The notes under the pieces are model-generated. The model made no database searches and had not been told where the DNA came from. It saw only the letters and a list, made by a program, of their open reading frames with translations. Below are positions 38,596 to 51,544 of a stretch of 64,000 bases of DNA, in pieces (within the stretch, counting starts at the first letter, position 1; every line of letters begins with the position of its first letter). Source of the stretch: Mobula hypostoma (taxonomy: Eukaryota); contig NC_086108.1 in NCBI RefSeq assembly GCF_963921235.1, positions 22,010,001-22,074,000 of the forward strand, written 5' to 3'. Made by a program: the position numbers and the translations under genes.

Positions 38596-41129
38596 GTGGC
38601 GTATCCTCAATTGGAATATACATGTTTCTTTTCGTCCCAGTATGTGCTACAATAAACACACAAATTTTTAAACTATAAGTGATATCTTAATAGATCTATT
38701 TAACATGATCAGTTTCAATTATGTCACTAACAGTTCATCAAGTGCAAAATAGTTAAATACTAATTCACGTTGACCAACAATATAACTACATAGTCCCAGA
38801 AGGCAGTTGTGGATTTCAATTGCATCAGATGAGCAAACTGTTCTAATATTTCATAATCATCTCTCAGTTTAGCTGACCCTAAGCAGGTGAACTGATCACT
38901 CATTGGTCACATAGCAAATCTATGTACTCAAAGTTATCTTAAAGAGACAGATCTTAAAATGTGTCATTCATGAAAGTAGAAGATTAATATTGAAATAATT
39001 CAGCTATGATGTTTCAGTCTTGAATATTAGAATTGTTTGTTTCTTTGTCCAGGCAGGAAACAAAACCACTTTGTCATTATTTAGAAGCTGTGATCTTTAA
39101 GTGTGGTGTACAGAGAAGTACCACTTGAATACCATGTGTCTTGGCAGGGATATTACAGTGCAGATTATAAAATATTGCAGTGTCATTCAGCATTGATTTC
39201 TTATTGAATCACCAACTCTTACTTGACATTTATCTTCTGCAATTCCTTGCTTGATTTTTTGGCAACCAAAACTTGAAAGAATGTTACTATACATTGATAG
39301 CCAATGTTTTCCATGGAACCATCACACTGAGTGACTGTATTGATTTCTTTCTCAGGAGTCACACTTAAAATGTCTGGTCAGAACATACTATGAATTTTTC
39401 GACTGTCATGTCCCAAACTTTCTAGCCTAAAACAGAACATTGCATTGGCCACAACTGTGCTTTCTTTTGAAGGGGTTCAAACAAGCTATAGTGTAACACC
39501 ACATGGAGTTCCAATTTAGTATTGGAAATTGAGTCTATATTTGACTTCAGGGATTCAGAGAACCAACCAGTAACATTTTTCCCAGCTCCCTTCCCACCCA
39601 AATAAGCTTCCACATTACAATTCCAATTGTAAGACAGAATATTGATTTGGGTTCTTTTGAGAGTATCATTAAGATGACTCATTGACTTCCATAAAGGAAT
39701 AGAGTAAGGAAATGCCACTCAAAGTTTCTAAGATGATTTGGTGTGCTTGCAAGTATTGGTGTTGTTAAGCATGGGTTAAAGAATAGATGGGGAAGCCTGA
39801 GAAGCAGGAGTTAACTTTACTGAGTATTTAGTTAACTTTTCATTTTTAATTTTGTGTTGCTCCCCTTGGAGTCAAAGATGCTTGCAGGTTCAATTGTTTA
39901 GCCATTGTTTGGCACTAAAATCATTTGTTCTGTAGCTATATTCTCAACCAAATATTAACGTGCTATGTGGGAATCCATTGCAACCAAACATAGTAGGCTG
40001 GTTGTTACGAGTGTGAAAACATAGGATTCTGATCAGTCACTGAAAATATGGATGTTTTGTTTATTTCCCTTCATCAAATTGCTAATAATTTTTGAGTGAG
40101 ATCAACTAAAACAAAGCAGACCAAGACATCACTGAATTGTGTTCAGAAGTTATATCTTAAAACCAGCAGTTAAATATTACATCAGAAATATATAGTGGAC
40201 TCTATTGTCTGTAATAATCCTCACTTCCCTAAAATAATCAATGTAATGTATTGACAGAATTTCATGCATGACATTGCTAAGGATTTTGTGAAAAAACAAG
40301 TTGTGGTTTCAGTGGAAAGTCTTTGCATTTGCTCACACTGCTGAAGATCCCTCGCCATTTGTCCTCCACTACCACAAAAATATTCCATGTTTCTGCATTG
40401 CATCCACTAATTCCATTCAAAATATTTCGAGTTCTTCAAAATCTCCAGGAATATACAGTACGTGTACCTACAACTGATACTCCCTGATTCATGTCAGTGT
40501 ATTATTTCAATTCAACCTTGTGTCATTCAAAGAAGAGATCAGATTTCATACAATTGTCCTTGGGATATATGATACTTCTGCACTTCAATGAAAGCATATC
40601 ATCTAAATTCTCATGAATTTACAGGCGCTGATGTTTAGTCTGATTGTACCTTACCATTTAATTCCTTTTATGATGCTGAGAAACAATCAGTAAGGATACA
40701 GTTATTTTCTGGAGTTTTAGACAAATTAATATCTATATAAAATTGCTGTACCACATATCACAAACTAGTGCAATTAATCTGCTTTATTACATGCAACATG
40801 CTGATCTTAAATGCTCTCTATGCTGAATTGCAAATCTAATCTGGGTTATTTGCATCAAACTGTTAATTACTATTGAACGTTCATGTGTAACCATGTTTTT
40901 AATAGGTGAACATTACTTACTGAGCAGTAAAGGTAACAATTGCTGTAAGCTAGTATTGTCAGTTAATGCGATCAATTTAACAGGATTGCAAAGTAACCAT
41001 TTCCTTGATATTTTATCATAATCCAAACCAGCAGGCTTGTGGATTTACCACAATCCCACACAGCCCTCCTTCCCCACTGTCCCCCTTGATTCCCCCCGCC
41101 AAAAAAAAAGCATAGAGTGATTGTATGGC

Positions 41130-41410
41130 TGCAAGCTGAGCTTACATGCCAGGCACCTAATGCCCCTTCATGCTAGACAGTGATGCAACCAGTTAGAATG
41201 GTCTTCACTGTACATCTGTAGAAATTTGCGAGTATTTTTGGTTACATACCAAATCTCCTCAAACTCCTAATGAAATAAAGCCGCTTCGTGCCTCCTTCAT
41301 TATTGCATCAATATTCTGAGCCCAGGATAGATCTTCAGAGATGTTGACAGCTAGGAACCTGAAATTGCTCACCCTTTCCCCTACTGATCTCTCGATGAGG
41401 ACTGGTGGTA
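41130..41410 (-). mobile_element. Rex1/Babar fragment
   Basis: Homologous to 230-470 (cataccaaatctcctcaaactcctaatgaa). Confidence 0.8.
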
Positions 41411-42019
41411 AGTGATGTATTGGGAGAAATGGCAGAATTTAATTGTTTATTGCAAACCATATTACATTTTTGAGTCAAAAGGACCCAAGTTGTTGTTATG
41501 TAAACTGAGATGTGACCCAGGGTGATTGTTACATGGACAGATGAGTCTTTAAACAAAAGGGATCCTGACTGAAAACAGTAGAAGATAATTAATCCTGGTT
41601 ATGATTGCTCAGGCACAGCAATGCACACTCCTGCGATCAGTAGAGAACATCATGCACTTCCTTGATAGCTCCTCTCAAAGGTCAGTGGGAATAGCAGATA
41701 TTGATTTCATCTCTACACTTTTTGGCTGCAAAAATTATGCAAGACCATCCTCAGTCCCAAACCTCCAAAGCCTCTTTTGATTTACTGCAACTGGTTGAAT
41801 TGCTGATATAGTTACAACAAAACATATCATTGTAAATTATGGACTTGAAGAAAAGTTAAGTTCCTTTAAAATTAATTTATTTTCTATGTTTAAAAAATTT
41901 AAGAACATAGCAAATAAACTTTGCTTTGGAGCACCCAGAAAATAGCAAACATATGTCTGGCTGCAGTTTATCAATTACAGCTTGCTGTTAAACACCATCT
42001 TCCCATCTACTCTCTCTTG

Positions 42020-42680
42020 ACATGACTGTGTGGCTTAGCAGAGCACACCTATAATGCCACCTATAAATTCACCAATGATACCACTGTTGTTGACAGAATT
42101 TCGGATGGTGACTGGAGGCATGCAGGAGTGAATTAGGTCAGCTGACTGAGTGGTGTTGCAACAAATAATCTCATACTCAATGTCATCAAGACAAAGGAAT
42201 TGATTGTGGACTTCAGGAAGGGGAAATCAGGAGCAAGCACACCAGTTCTCATTGAAGGGTCAGCAGTAGAAAGGGTGAACAGCTTCACGTTCCTGGGCAT
42301 CAACATCTGGGGCTGACATGTTGATGCAGTCATGAAGAAGGCACCCAGGTGGCTTTACTTCATTCGAAGTTTCAGGAGATTTGTTACATCACAAAAACCT
42401 CTTGCAAATTTCTCTTGATACTTGGTGGAGAGCATTCTGACTGGTTGCATTGACAACTTGTAAGAAGTCTTCAGTGTGCAGGATTGAAAAAGACTCTGCC
42501 AGTTCCAATGGGGCATGGTCCTTCTCACATTGAGAACATCTTCCAAGAGGGAGTGCCTCAAGAGGACCCTCACCAACTGATACATGGCCTGTTCTCATTA
42601 CTAATATTGGAGAGGAGGTAAAGGAGCCTGAAGATCCATATTTATTTCTTTAGGAACAGCTTCTCCCCCTCTAGCTTCAC
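42020..42680 (+). mobile_element. Rex1/Babar fragment (RT end)
   Basis: KFTNDTTV..LNVIKTKELIVDFRK..SFTFLGINI on the plus strand. Confidence 0.82.
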
Positions 42681-42759
42681 CTCATTTTTACTTTGATTTT
42701 GCCAGTTTCAGTAGTTTTGTTATAACTTTTCTCATAAGACAAAGTAAAACAGTGCTTGT

Positions 42760-43205
42760 GAGATGCCTTACCATGTCCCCCCTCTACATTGTTACTATGA
42801 GTTCTACTTACCAGACTTCAGATTCAGTCTCTTCTCCTTCCACTTAGCACAAGCAGAGCAATCCCTGGTTGTCTACACTACAACCTTCCATGCTCAATGC
42901 ATCTTCTGTAATTCCTGCCACCTTCAGTGGGAAACCATTGCCAAGTATAGTGTCACTTTCCCTTTTGGCATTCTCCCATGCTCTCTGTGACTTTCCAGTT
43001 CACTCTATCTTTTGCTACACCCACTCTTCTTTTTACTTTTCCAACTATAAGGGATGCCTTGCTGGCTTTCTTTTTACCTCTTCTCTTCCCATCATCCAGG
43101 AACTCAAACACTCCTTTCAAGTGAGACAGCAATTTATTTGCATTTGCTGGATATTCCCTGCATTTTTAGTTTTATTTCAGTTTCCAGCTTCTGCAGCTTT
43201 TTGAT
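42760..43205 (+). mobile_element. Decayed Penelope-like fragment
   Basis: Homologous to 51990-52300, ending in tttccagcttctgcag. Confidence 0.55.
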
Positions 43206-43799
43206 TGTTTTTCAGCATTTTATATGTTTCAATAAGATCATCTGTAGAAAATGTAGGACCAGTTCTGTTGAGTATCTTCTCACAGGATATTTTCCCCACA
43301 AGATTTGCTGGTGATACTTTATTGTAATCCCTGCATTCATAGCAGGAGTGATACCAGATTTGTACATGTTTTCAGTAAATGAATTTCTAATTCCTGATGA
43401 TAGGTATTCTTGTCCTTTTTTTAAAAAAAAATTGGAAGATGTGTCTCTTGAAATTACACAATTAAAATAAACACTTCCATTTGTCTGATGTTCTTTACAT
43501 TTACAATATTAAATCCTATATCCAGTAGATTGGAGAAGAATCCAAATTATATTTATTATTACTGACACATGTGACATTTTGAGTGAAATTTGTTGTTTTG
43601 CAGCAGCAGTACAGTGCAAAGGTAAAAAAAAATCTGTCAATTACATACAGTAAATAATGAACGCAAAAAAAAACAATGAGGTAGTATTTTTTTTAAAAAC
43701 GCTAACAACAGGAATTCTGCAGATGCTGGAAATTCAAGCGACACACATCAGAGTTGCTGGTGAACGCAGCAGGCCAGGCAGCATCTCTAGGAAGAGGTA

Positions 43800-43837
43800 C
43801 AGTCGACGTTTCAGGCCGAGACCCTTCGTCAGGACTA
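43800..43837 (-). ncRNA. Minimal type I hammerhead ribozyme, intact consensus
   Basis: Minus strand: tagtc CTGACGA agggtctcggcct GAAAC GTC gactg; palindromic ACGU stem III; GUC cleavage triplet. Confidence 0.82.
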
Positions 43838-44585
43838 ACTGAAGGAAGAGTTAGTAAGAGATTTGAAAGTGGGAGGGGGAGGGGGAGGGGGAGATCCAAA
43901 ATGATAGGAGAAGACAGGAGGGGGAGGGATGGAGCCAAGAGCTGGACAGATGATTGGCAAAGGGGATATGAGAGGATCATGGGACAGGAGGTCCAGGGAG
44001 AAAGACGGGGGGGGGGCCCCGAGGATGGGCAAGGGGTATAGTCAGAGGGACAGAGGGAGAAAAAGGAGAGTGAGAGAAAGAATGTGTGTATAAAAATAAA
44101 TAACGGATGGGGTGCGAGGGGGAGGTGGGGCATTAGCGGAAGTTAGAGAAGTCGATGTTCATGCCATCAGGTTGGAGGCTACCCAGACGGAATATAAGGC
44201 GTTGTATCAGGTTGGAGGAACAACACCTTATATTCCGTCTGGGTAGCTTCCAACCTGATGGCATGAATATCGACTTCTCTAACTTCCGCTAATGCCCCAC
44301 CTCCCCCTCGCACCCCATCCGTTACTTATTTTTATACACACATTCTTTCTCTCACTCTCCTTTTTCTCCTTCTGTCCCTCTGACTATACCCCTTGCCCAT
44401 CCTCTGGGTTCCCCCCCCCACCCTTGTCTTTCTCCCCGGACCTCCTGTCCCATGATCCTCTCATATCCCCTTTGCCAATCACCTGTCCAGCTCTTGGCTC
44501 CATCCTTCCCCTTCCTGTCTTCTATCATTTTGGATCTCCCCCTCCCCCTCCCACTTTCAAATCTCTTACTAACTCTTCCTTCAGT

Positions 44586-44623
44586 TTGTCCTGACGAAGG
44601 GTCTCGGCCTGAAATGTCGACTG
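44586..44623 (+). ncRNA. Minimal type I hammerhead ribozyme, altered in stems I and III
   Basis: ttgtc CTGACGA agggtctcggcct GAAA tgTC gactg. Confidence 0.7.
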
Positions 44624-45194
44624 TACCTCTTCCTAGAAATGAGGTAATATTCATGGATTATTCATACATCTGATGTGGAGGGGAAGAATTATTGAGCTTT
44701 GGGTTTTCAGGGTCCTCTACCTCCTCCCTGATGGCAATTACAAGAAGAGGGCATATCCTGGATGGAGAGTTTTATTGTTTGCTGTATTCCTTTCTCTGTC
44801 TAATAAATAACACTGAGTACCTCTGGCACTTTGTTTGTGTTGCCCTTATTTGTATATGAAACTTGTTGATTTGTGACAAATTCTCAATCTTGGATATTGC
44901 GGGAGAGCCTAAACCCATACTCTCCAGGCACTTAGTTGAATGTGTTTGCTGCTGGAATATTGATAAGGGTTTGGAACTTATCTTAATCTTTCAACTCGTG
45001 AGTACCATTGGTATTCTGTTAAAGGCAGGCTTGGAAGAAAAATCTGAAGTTTTCATTGTCTTTTAGGTTCACGATTTAATTTTGCCTTATAGTTGTTGCT
45101 ACCAAAACTAACACATTTATTGGGTTATAGAATGTTGTATTCTTCAAAATTTAAAGTAAATTTATTAACAAAATATGTATACCTTACCATCTAG

Positions 45195-45885
45195 GCCATG
45201 CCCTCTGTTTGCTACTACCATCAGGCAGAAGGTTCAGAAGCTTTAAATCCCACACCACTAGGTTCAGGAACGGTTATTATCCTACAACCATCAGGTTCCT
45301 GAACCTGTATGGATTACCAGTGTTGATAACACTAAGCCTAGTGTTCAGGGTCTTGATCATCAGAGAATTTGTTGATCGAGGCTGAATATTTTGGGTCTCA
45401 GTCATTGGCGAGACCTGTATTTTGAGGTCTAGTGTTTGGGATCCTCATCCAGGGTCTTCATACATCATCATCAGTTAGTCCTGGGGTTGATACTGAAGAT
45501 CGAAGCCTGAAAGGTCGATCAGATATCCGGAAGCTGAGGCCCAATGGTCAAAGCTGGGGTCTGAAAGTTTCTGTGAGGCCATTAGGAAAGTTGAAGCCTA
45601 ATGTATGTAAATCTACGAGTCTGCTGAAAGCCAAAGATGGCCTGTCCTGAGGTTGGAGGGTTGTGTATGTGTTTGTGGGTAGGTGAGAGCATTGGGGCTT
45701 ATTTTCTGTTGTTCTTTATTGTGTTTTGTGTCATTCTGTTGAACACTGTGAGCATGCAATACTGGCACCGGAATGTGTGGCAACACTTGCAGGCTGCCCC
45801 ATCATACCGTTAGATTATATTGGTTGTTAACGTAAATGATGCATTTCACTGTATGTTTTGATGTACACATGATACATAAATGAAT
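45195..45885 (+). mobile_element. Rex-related 3' fragments (ORF end 45195-45320; long 3' UTR-like segment to 45885)
   Basis: ctactaccatcaggcagaaggttcagaag..aggttcaggaacgg; tail gcatttcactgtatg..aatgaatct, shared with 60310-60440. Confidence 0.55.
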
Positions 45886-47780
45886 CTCAAAATCAGGTTG
45901 AATATCATTGGCATATGTCGTGAAATTTGTATTTGCAGCAGTAATACATAATAAGAAAACTATAAATTACAATAAGAAAGATATTTAAAAATTTTTAATT
46001 AAATAAGTAGTGCGTAAAGAGAGCAAAACAGAAAAACTGGTGAGGTAGTGTACATGGGTTCATTGTCTTCAGAAATCTGATGGCAGAGGGGGAAGAAGTT
46101 GTTCCTAAAGCATTGACTTTGTGTCTTCAGCCTCCTGTACCATCTCCATGATGATAACAGTAAGAAGAGGGCATTCCTGGGTGATAGAGGTCCTTTATGG
46201 CAGATGTTGCCTTTTGAAGATGGCTTGATGCTGGAGTGGCTAGTGCCCATGATGGAGCTGGCTGAGTTTACACCATTTTGCAGCTTTTTCTGGTCCTATA
46301 CAGTGGCCCCTCCATACCAGATGTTGATGCAACTGGCTCGAATGCTTTCCACAGTACATTCAAAGAAACTTGTGAGAGTCTTAGGTGACATACCAAGTCT
46401 CCTCAAACTCTTAATGAATTATAGCCACTGTTCTGCCATCTTTGTAATTACATCAATATGTTCGACCTAGGATAGTCCTTCAGAGTCGTTGACATGCAGG
46501 AACTTGAAACTGCTGATCCCTCAATGAGGACACTTGTATGTTCCCTGACTTCCCCTTCCAGAAGTCCACAATCAACTCCTTATCTTACTGATGTTGAGTG
46601 CAACGTTGTTGTTGTGACACCACTCAACCAGCTGATCTATCTCACCCCTGTACGCCTCCTTGTCACCATCTGAAATTCTGCCAGTAATAGTTGTGTCATT
46701 GGCAAATTTACAGATGGCATCTGAGATGAGTCTATCCACATAGTCATGGGTGAAGAGAGTAGAGCAGTGGACGAAGCATGCATCCTTGAGGTACACCAAT
46801 GCTGATTGTCAGTGAGGAGGAGATTCTGTTAATTATTAATTAATTTTTATTATTTATTTAAAATACAGTGCAGAATAGGACCTTCTGGCCCTTCAAGCTC
46901 TGCTGCCGCAGCAACCCCGATTTAACTCTAACCTAATTACAGGACAATTTACAATGACTAGTTAACCTACCCTCTGGACTGTGGGAGGAAACCGGAGCAC
47001 CCAGAGAAAATCCACTCATTCCACAGGGAGGATGCACAGAAACTCCACTGACTTAGATTTCCCAATGAGGAAGTCAAGGATTCTTTTGCAGAAGGAGGGA
47101 CAGAGGCCCAAGACTTAGATCTTGTTGATTAGCACTGAGGGTTGATGGTACTGAACGCTGAACTGTAATCAACAAACCGCAGCCTAACCTTGGTGTTGCT
47201 ATTATCCAGGTGATCCAAGGCCAAATGGAGAGCCATTGAGATTATGGCCGCTGTAGACCTATTGTAGCGATAGACAAATTGCAGCAGGTCCAGGTCCCTG
47301 CTTAGTTGAGAGTTGATTCTGGTCATAATTCACCTCTCAAAGCTCTTCATCACAGTGGATGTGAGTGCAACTAGGTGATGGTCATTGAGGCAGCTCACCC
47401 TGCTCTTGTTGGTCACTGGTATGATTGGTGCCCTTTTGAAGCAGGTGGGAACCCTGCTAGAGCTGTCGTGCATCTGATTCAGTCTCTAACTTAGATCAAA
47501 ATTGTTCTTAAAAGAGCCTTCCACATGTTGTGTCTGGACTTCAAGGTCACCAGTTTTGAAGGCCACAGATCTAGTCCTCAACAGATTACTAATCTCCTTG
47601 TTCATCCACTGTTTTTGGTTTGGGTATGTCTAAATTGTTCTCAAAAGCACACACTCATCCACACAGGTCTTGACGAAATGGATGACAACTGGCATATTAA
47701 TTTAGTTTCGAGGACGAATTCCTGAATATTGTAGTCCGCCAACTCAATGCAGTCTTGCAATCTTGCAATCTGAATCTGAA
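45885..47780 (-). mobile_element. Rex1/Babar LINE fragment including RT, with a V-SINE nested at ~46830-47050
   Basis: Minus ORFs LDLLQFVYRYNRSTAAII..LRFVDYSSAFSTI and ICKFANDTTITGRISDGD. Confidence 0.88.
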
Positions 47781-48129
47781 TTTAAATTACAACTACTCTG
47801 AACTGATTCTATGACCTACAAATACACTTTGAAGGCTCATGTTCTCATTGCTGTGTAGTTGCGTGCTTCACTTTACTTACTCATGGTGCTGAACCCACAT
47901 TCTGCGTGAAAAGGACCTGCTATGATTCGAACTTTCCTCGGTCTGTTATGAACTAACTGGTTAACTCAGAAGTATTGGCACTTCCTCCGTGGAACCATTT
48001 GTCTGCACAAAAAATTTCTTACAATGGTGTTTGTCATTCGAGCAGGGTTCCACAAGTATCTTTCATTGTGCTCCTCACCTCTCCCTCAACTCAGGCAAAA
48101 GAGGACCCCCTCCCAACAGCAACCCACAT

Positions 48130-48360
48130 TCTCCTAGAAATTGGATGCAGCTACTCTCTGTTGAATGTTCTATGGCATTCCATTGGACAGAATGTTATCA
48201 AGACAAACCTGATTGGCAGATACACTAGTGAAATTTAAGAAACTACTAGACAGGTATATGGAGGAATTCAAGGTGGGGGGTTATATTGGAGGCAGGGTTT
48301 GAGGGTCGGCACAACAATGTTGTACAAGAAGGGCCTGTACTGTACTGTACTATTCTATAA
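48130..48360 (+). mobile_element. CR1 3' end
   Basis: gtcggcacaac..gaagggcctgtactgtactgtactattcta tail. Confidence 0.7.
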
Positions 48361-49169
48361 TCAAATGGCTCATTATCTTAACAGAAAACAAAATTCTGAA
48401 CTGTAAGATTTGATTAACAGAACCCACAGTGTTTTTCAAAACATCTGTAGAAAATAAAATACCCAACAGCATAACTGTAGTAATACAATGTAGCAAGCAC
48501 ATGTAAGATATCAGTGAAATACAGCCACATAAAATAAGTAGTCCAGATCCTGAGTCCATGATTGCCGCAGAAATCTGCAGTCAACCACAATGCAGCTTGT
48601 CCTCAGCAGAGCAAACACTGGGGTCGGGGCAAAACCAACTCCAGCCTGGACAGTAGGTCACACCACTCGCGATGGAGTCCACTGGCTTTGACATCTCTCT
48701 CACGGCAGCTGTAAACAGGCAACTCCACAGCTTGAGGCCATGTCATCGCTATGACCGAGGTCATGCAGCTCCCCCACGCCATTATATCAGTGAATTGGAC
48801 TTGCAGCATTCCACATTAGCAATTTCCAAAAGGGTCTTGTGATCACAAGGAAATGACTAAGATGGTCACTCGCTGTAAGACTACATGCCTCCTTCGCACA
48901 TGGACTCCACCAAAGCCTCTCTGATGCAAGTGCAGCACGATCTGCACCAAATCCAGCTCCTTCAGTTTCTCTGCCATTGAGCAACTCACTGATGGGGTAG
49001 TCCTGCGGTACTTTAAGTTCTTAATCTCCAGCAAGATCTTGCAATCATAAAAAGTGTTCTAAAAGGATATTAGCACCCTCTATTTAAGGAAACAAATTTA
49101 TGAATAGGGTCTTGTACAATGCATTGTCAAGGGTTGTAAATTAAGGATAATTTCAGGCATTTGAACACT

Positions 49170-49445
49170 TGGGTGCCACACTAGCATAGCAGTTAGAACA
49201 AATGTATTACAGCTTGGTGTGTTCTTGCATTTAGCATTCATTTCCGGCGCCTTCTATATATCCTCCTGTAGAATGAGTAGGTTTTTTCCTGGTGCTCCAG
49301 TTTCCTCCCACAGTCCAAAGATATATTGGGTAGGATGCCTGATCATTAATTAAGGTTAATCGGATTTGTTGTGGTTTGCTGGGGTGGCATAGCTCGACGG
49401 GGTGGAAAGACCAACTCTGTGCTGTATTGCTAAATAAGTAAATAA
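49170..49445 (+). mobile_element. V-SINE (HE1-like)
   Basis: ggtgctccagtttcctcccacagtccaaaga core; taaataagtaaataa tail. Confidence 0.8.
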
Positions 49446-49468
49446 TTTAGTGACTTTGTACATGGACA

Positions 49469-50268
49469 CAGTGGATTCTGGTTAACTGGATAGTTGGTTA
49501 ATCGGGGTGGCCACTTATTTGGGACAACTTTTAAAGAACAAAAACTAAATTGATGAAATAGTCGAGATTCCAGTTGTTTATTTGGGACACTATATCGCTT
49601 AATTAAGGCAAGAAACTGTTGCCGAGCAGTTTCTAACTAGTGTTAGTCTCATGCATTTTGAGTGGATGTTAGACACTACACTGTCCTTAGAGGGAGCAGT
49701 TTTTAAATAGTGTCAATTAGGTGTGTTTGTGTTCAAAAAGCAGTGATTTTGTCGCTGATAGTTCGTGCAAAATAGGCTGCAAGATGATTTAGAATTGATT
49801 TGCTCAGTGTGGTTTTAAGCATTCAGGTTTGGAGAAGATGCCAGAAATGGCCGGAGTGTAAATGAAACTTCAAGTTAGGAATTATGAAGGTATTGACAAT
49901 CATCTTGAATGTTACAATGAAAATTAAGATTTGGTTGATGCAATCATCAGTAGCATTGTACGAAGGCAGTCCATTATCTGCACTGATTTTGTTCATTTAC
50001 CATTAATCAAATGAACACAGCAGATGAATTCCTCTGTCAATATACGTTAGGAACTAATACACGCTTTTATAGTACTGTAAAGGTATTGTCAGTGTTACAG
50101 TTTATTCGGTATTTCATTTAAGTACATAAATTGTTACTCAGTTAAGCAGTGGTTTGTCTTTTTTATACCATTCTACTATTTCCTTGAAACTTAGGTTAAT
50201 TGGGGCAGCTGCTTAATTGGGCCAAAATGTACTGATCCCAATGTGTCCCAATTAACCAGAATCCACTG
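49469..50268. mobile_element. Non-autonomous Tc1/mariner-pogo (Tigger-like) DNA transposon, 800 bp
   Basis: Perfect 17-bp TIRs cagtggattctggttaa / ttaaccagaatccactg; flanked by CA on both sides. Confidence 0.85.
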
Positions 50269-51544
50269 CATGGTGATCCCAAGAGGTTGTCAAGAATTGG
50301 TTGTACAATACATCATTTTAAGAACTTTTTTCAAAGTGCCCTGGTATCTCCTTACCAGATTAAATAAATGAGCATCCTGACAATAATTTGGTTTTTTTCA
50401 TAATGATGTATGAAAATTTAATATGTTGCAATAATAATGCTACATATTTATAAAGTTCAGAGCCAAAAAGATCAAATTGTCTCCTAAAGTTGATTGAAGC
50501 TTTTGCAAAGAAGGGAAGGTTTTCCTCAAATGAATATAGTTTTAACTTTTCAGTGCATTCCAGAATACTGCAGATGTGAGTGAATTGCAATTCAAGGATG
50601 ACCAAATTCAAAACAGACTGCTAATTTCATGTATTTCAATAAGTTGAAAATGAATGAATATTTTTTTTTTGGAAAGCAAATTGTGAGACAACTGCAAGAC
50701 CAATGCAAAGAAGAGAGATTAGTATTTATATAATGCAGTTTATAACATTGGGCATTTTGCAAACAAAGCAGTAATTTGAAAGTGCTGGTATGATTATTAT
50801 CAAGGATTACAACACCCCTGTTTGGTTGAGACAGCCTGGATGATTTAAAAATAAAGATCCCTTGTTCTGATGTTATTGCTATTTCCATTACTGGAGGTGG
50901 ATGCAATGTGGGAAACAGATTTTATGTGTGCTGTTGGGTCCCAAAGACAGCAGGAAGAAGAGGACCCTACAGGTATCAGTAGAGATGTCTGTGTTTTTTG
51001 TGACTGGAGTCAAATCTCGGAGAGAATAGATCAGCAGTGATACAGGGGCAATGGGGTGAGAGTGGTAGCATATTGTAGGAGATGAGCAGTGAGGGGAGAA
51101 TGATATTAGACTAGACAAGATTGTATTTCTGAGAGTCCCAAAAAGTCTTGGAGGACATTCTCATTTTTGGCAGTCCCCATTTTACCAACTCCTGACTTAT
51201 GGACATAAAAATCTAAACAAACCAAGTCACAGGTATTGACATATGTTTGTTTTTACCAATGGCAGAACTCTTTCTTTCTTCTCCCCTCTCCCCCCTCCCC
51301 CTCCCCCCTCCCCTCTCTCTACCCATCTTCCCTCTCCCCCTCACCCTCCCCCCAATAGTATTTTCTTTCTTATTTGCCTTATGTGCTTTTGATGCTGTTC
51401 ATAATAAAACAGCAGAGGCATACTTACCATATCAAGTGATTTTTGTGCATTTTTCAACTAATGGACAATATTGATTTGTGGACAAAATCAGAACCCATTC
51501 ATTACACAGAGACAACTTGTATTTGCTCAATATTTAGGATGTGG

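Larger units (their letters stand above)
43703..44637. mobile_element. Penelope-like insertion of two inverted pseudo-LTRs (minus 43703-44204, plus ~44207-44637) inside a Rex 3' end
   Basis: Arms are near-identical reverse complements. TSD aatgaggtagtatt (43675-43688) / aatgaggtaatatt (44638-44651). Confidence 0.9.

Noticed and set aside
51171..51525. Possible Tigger-like MITE around a C-rich tract (also 17473-17531)
   Set aside because: Termini are too degenerate to define TIRs confidently.
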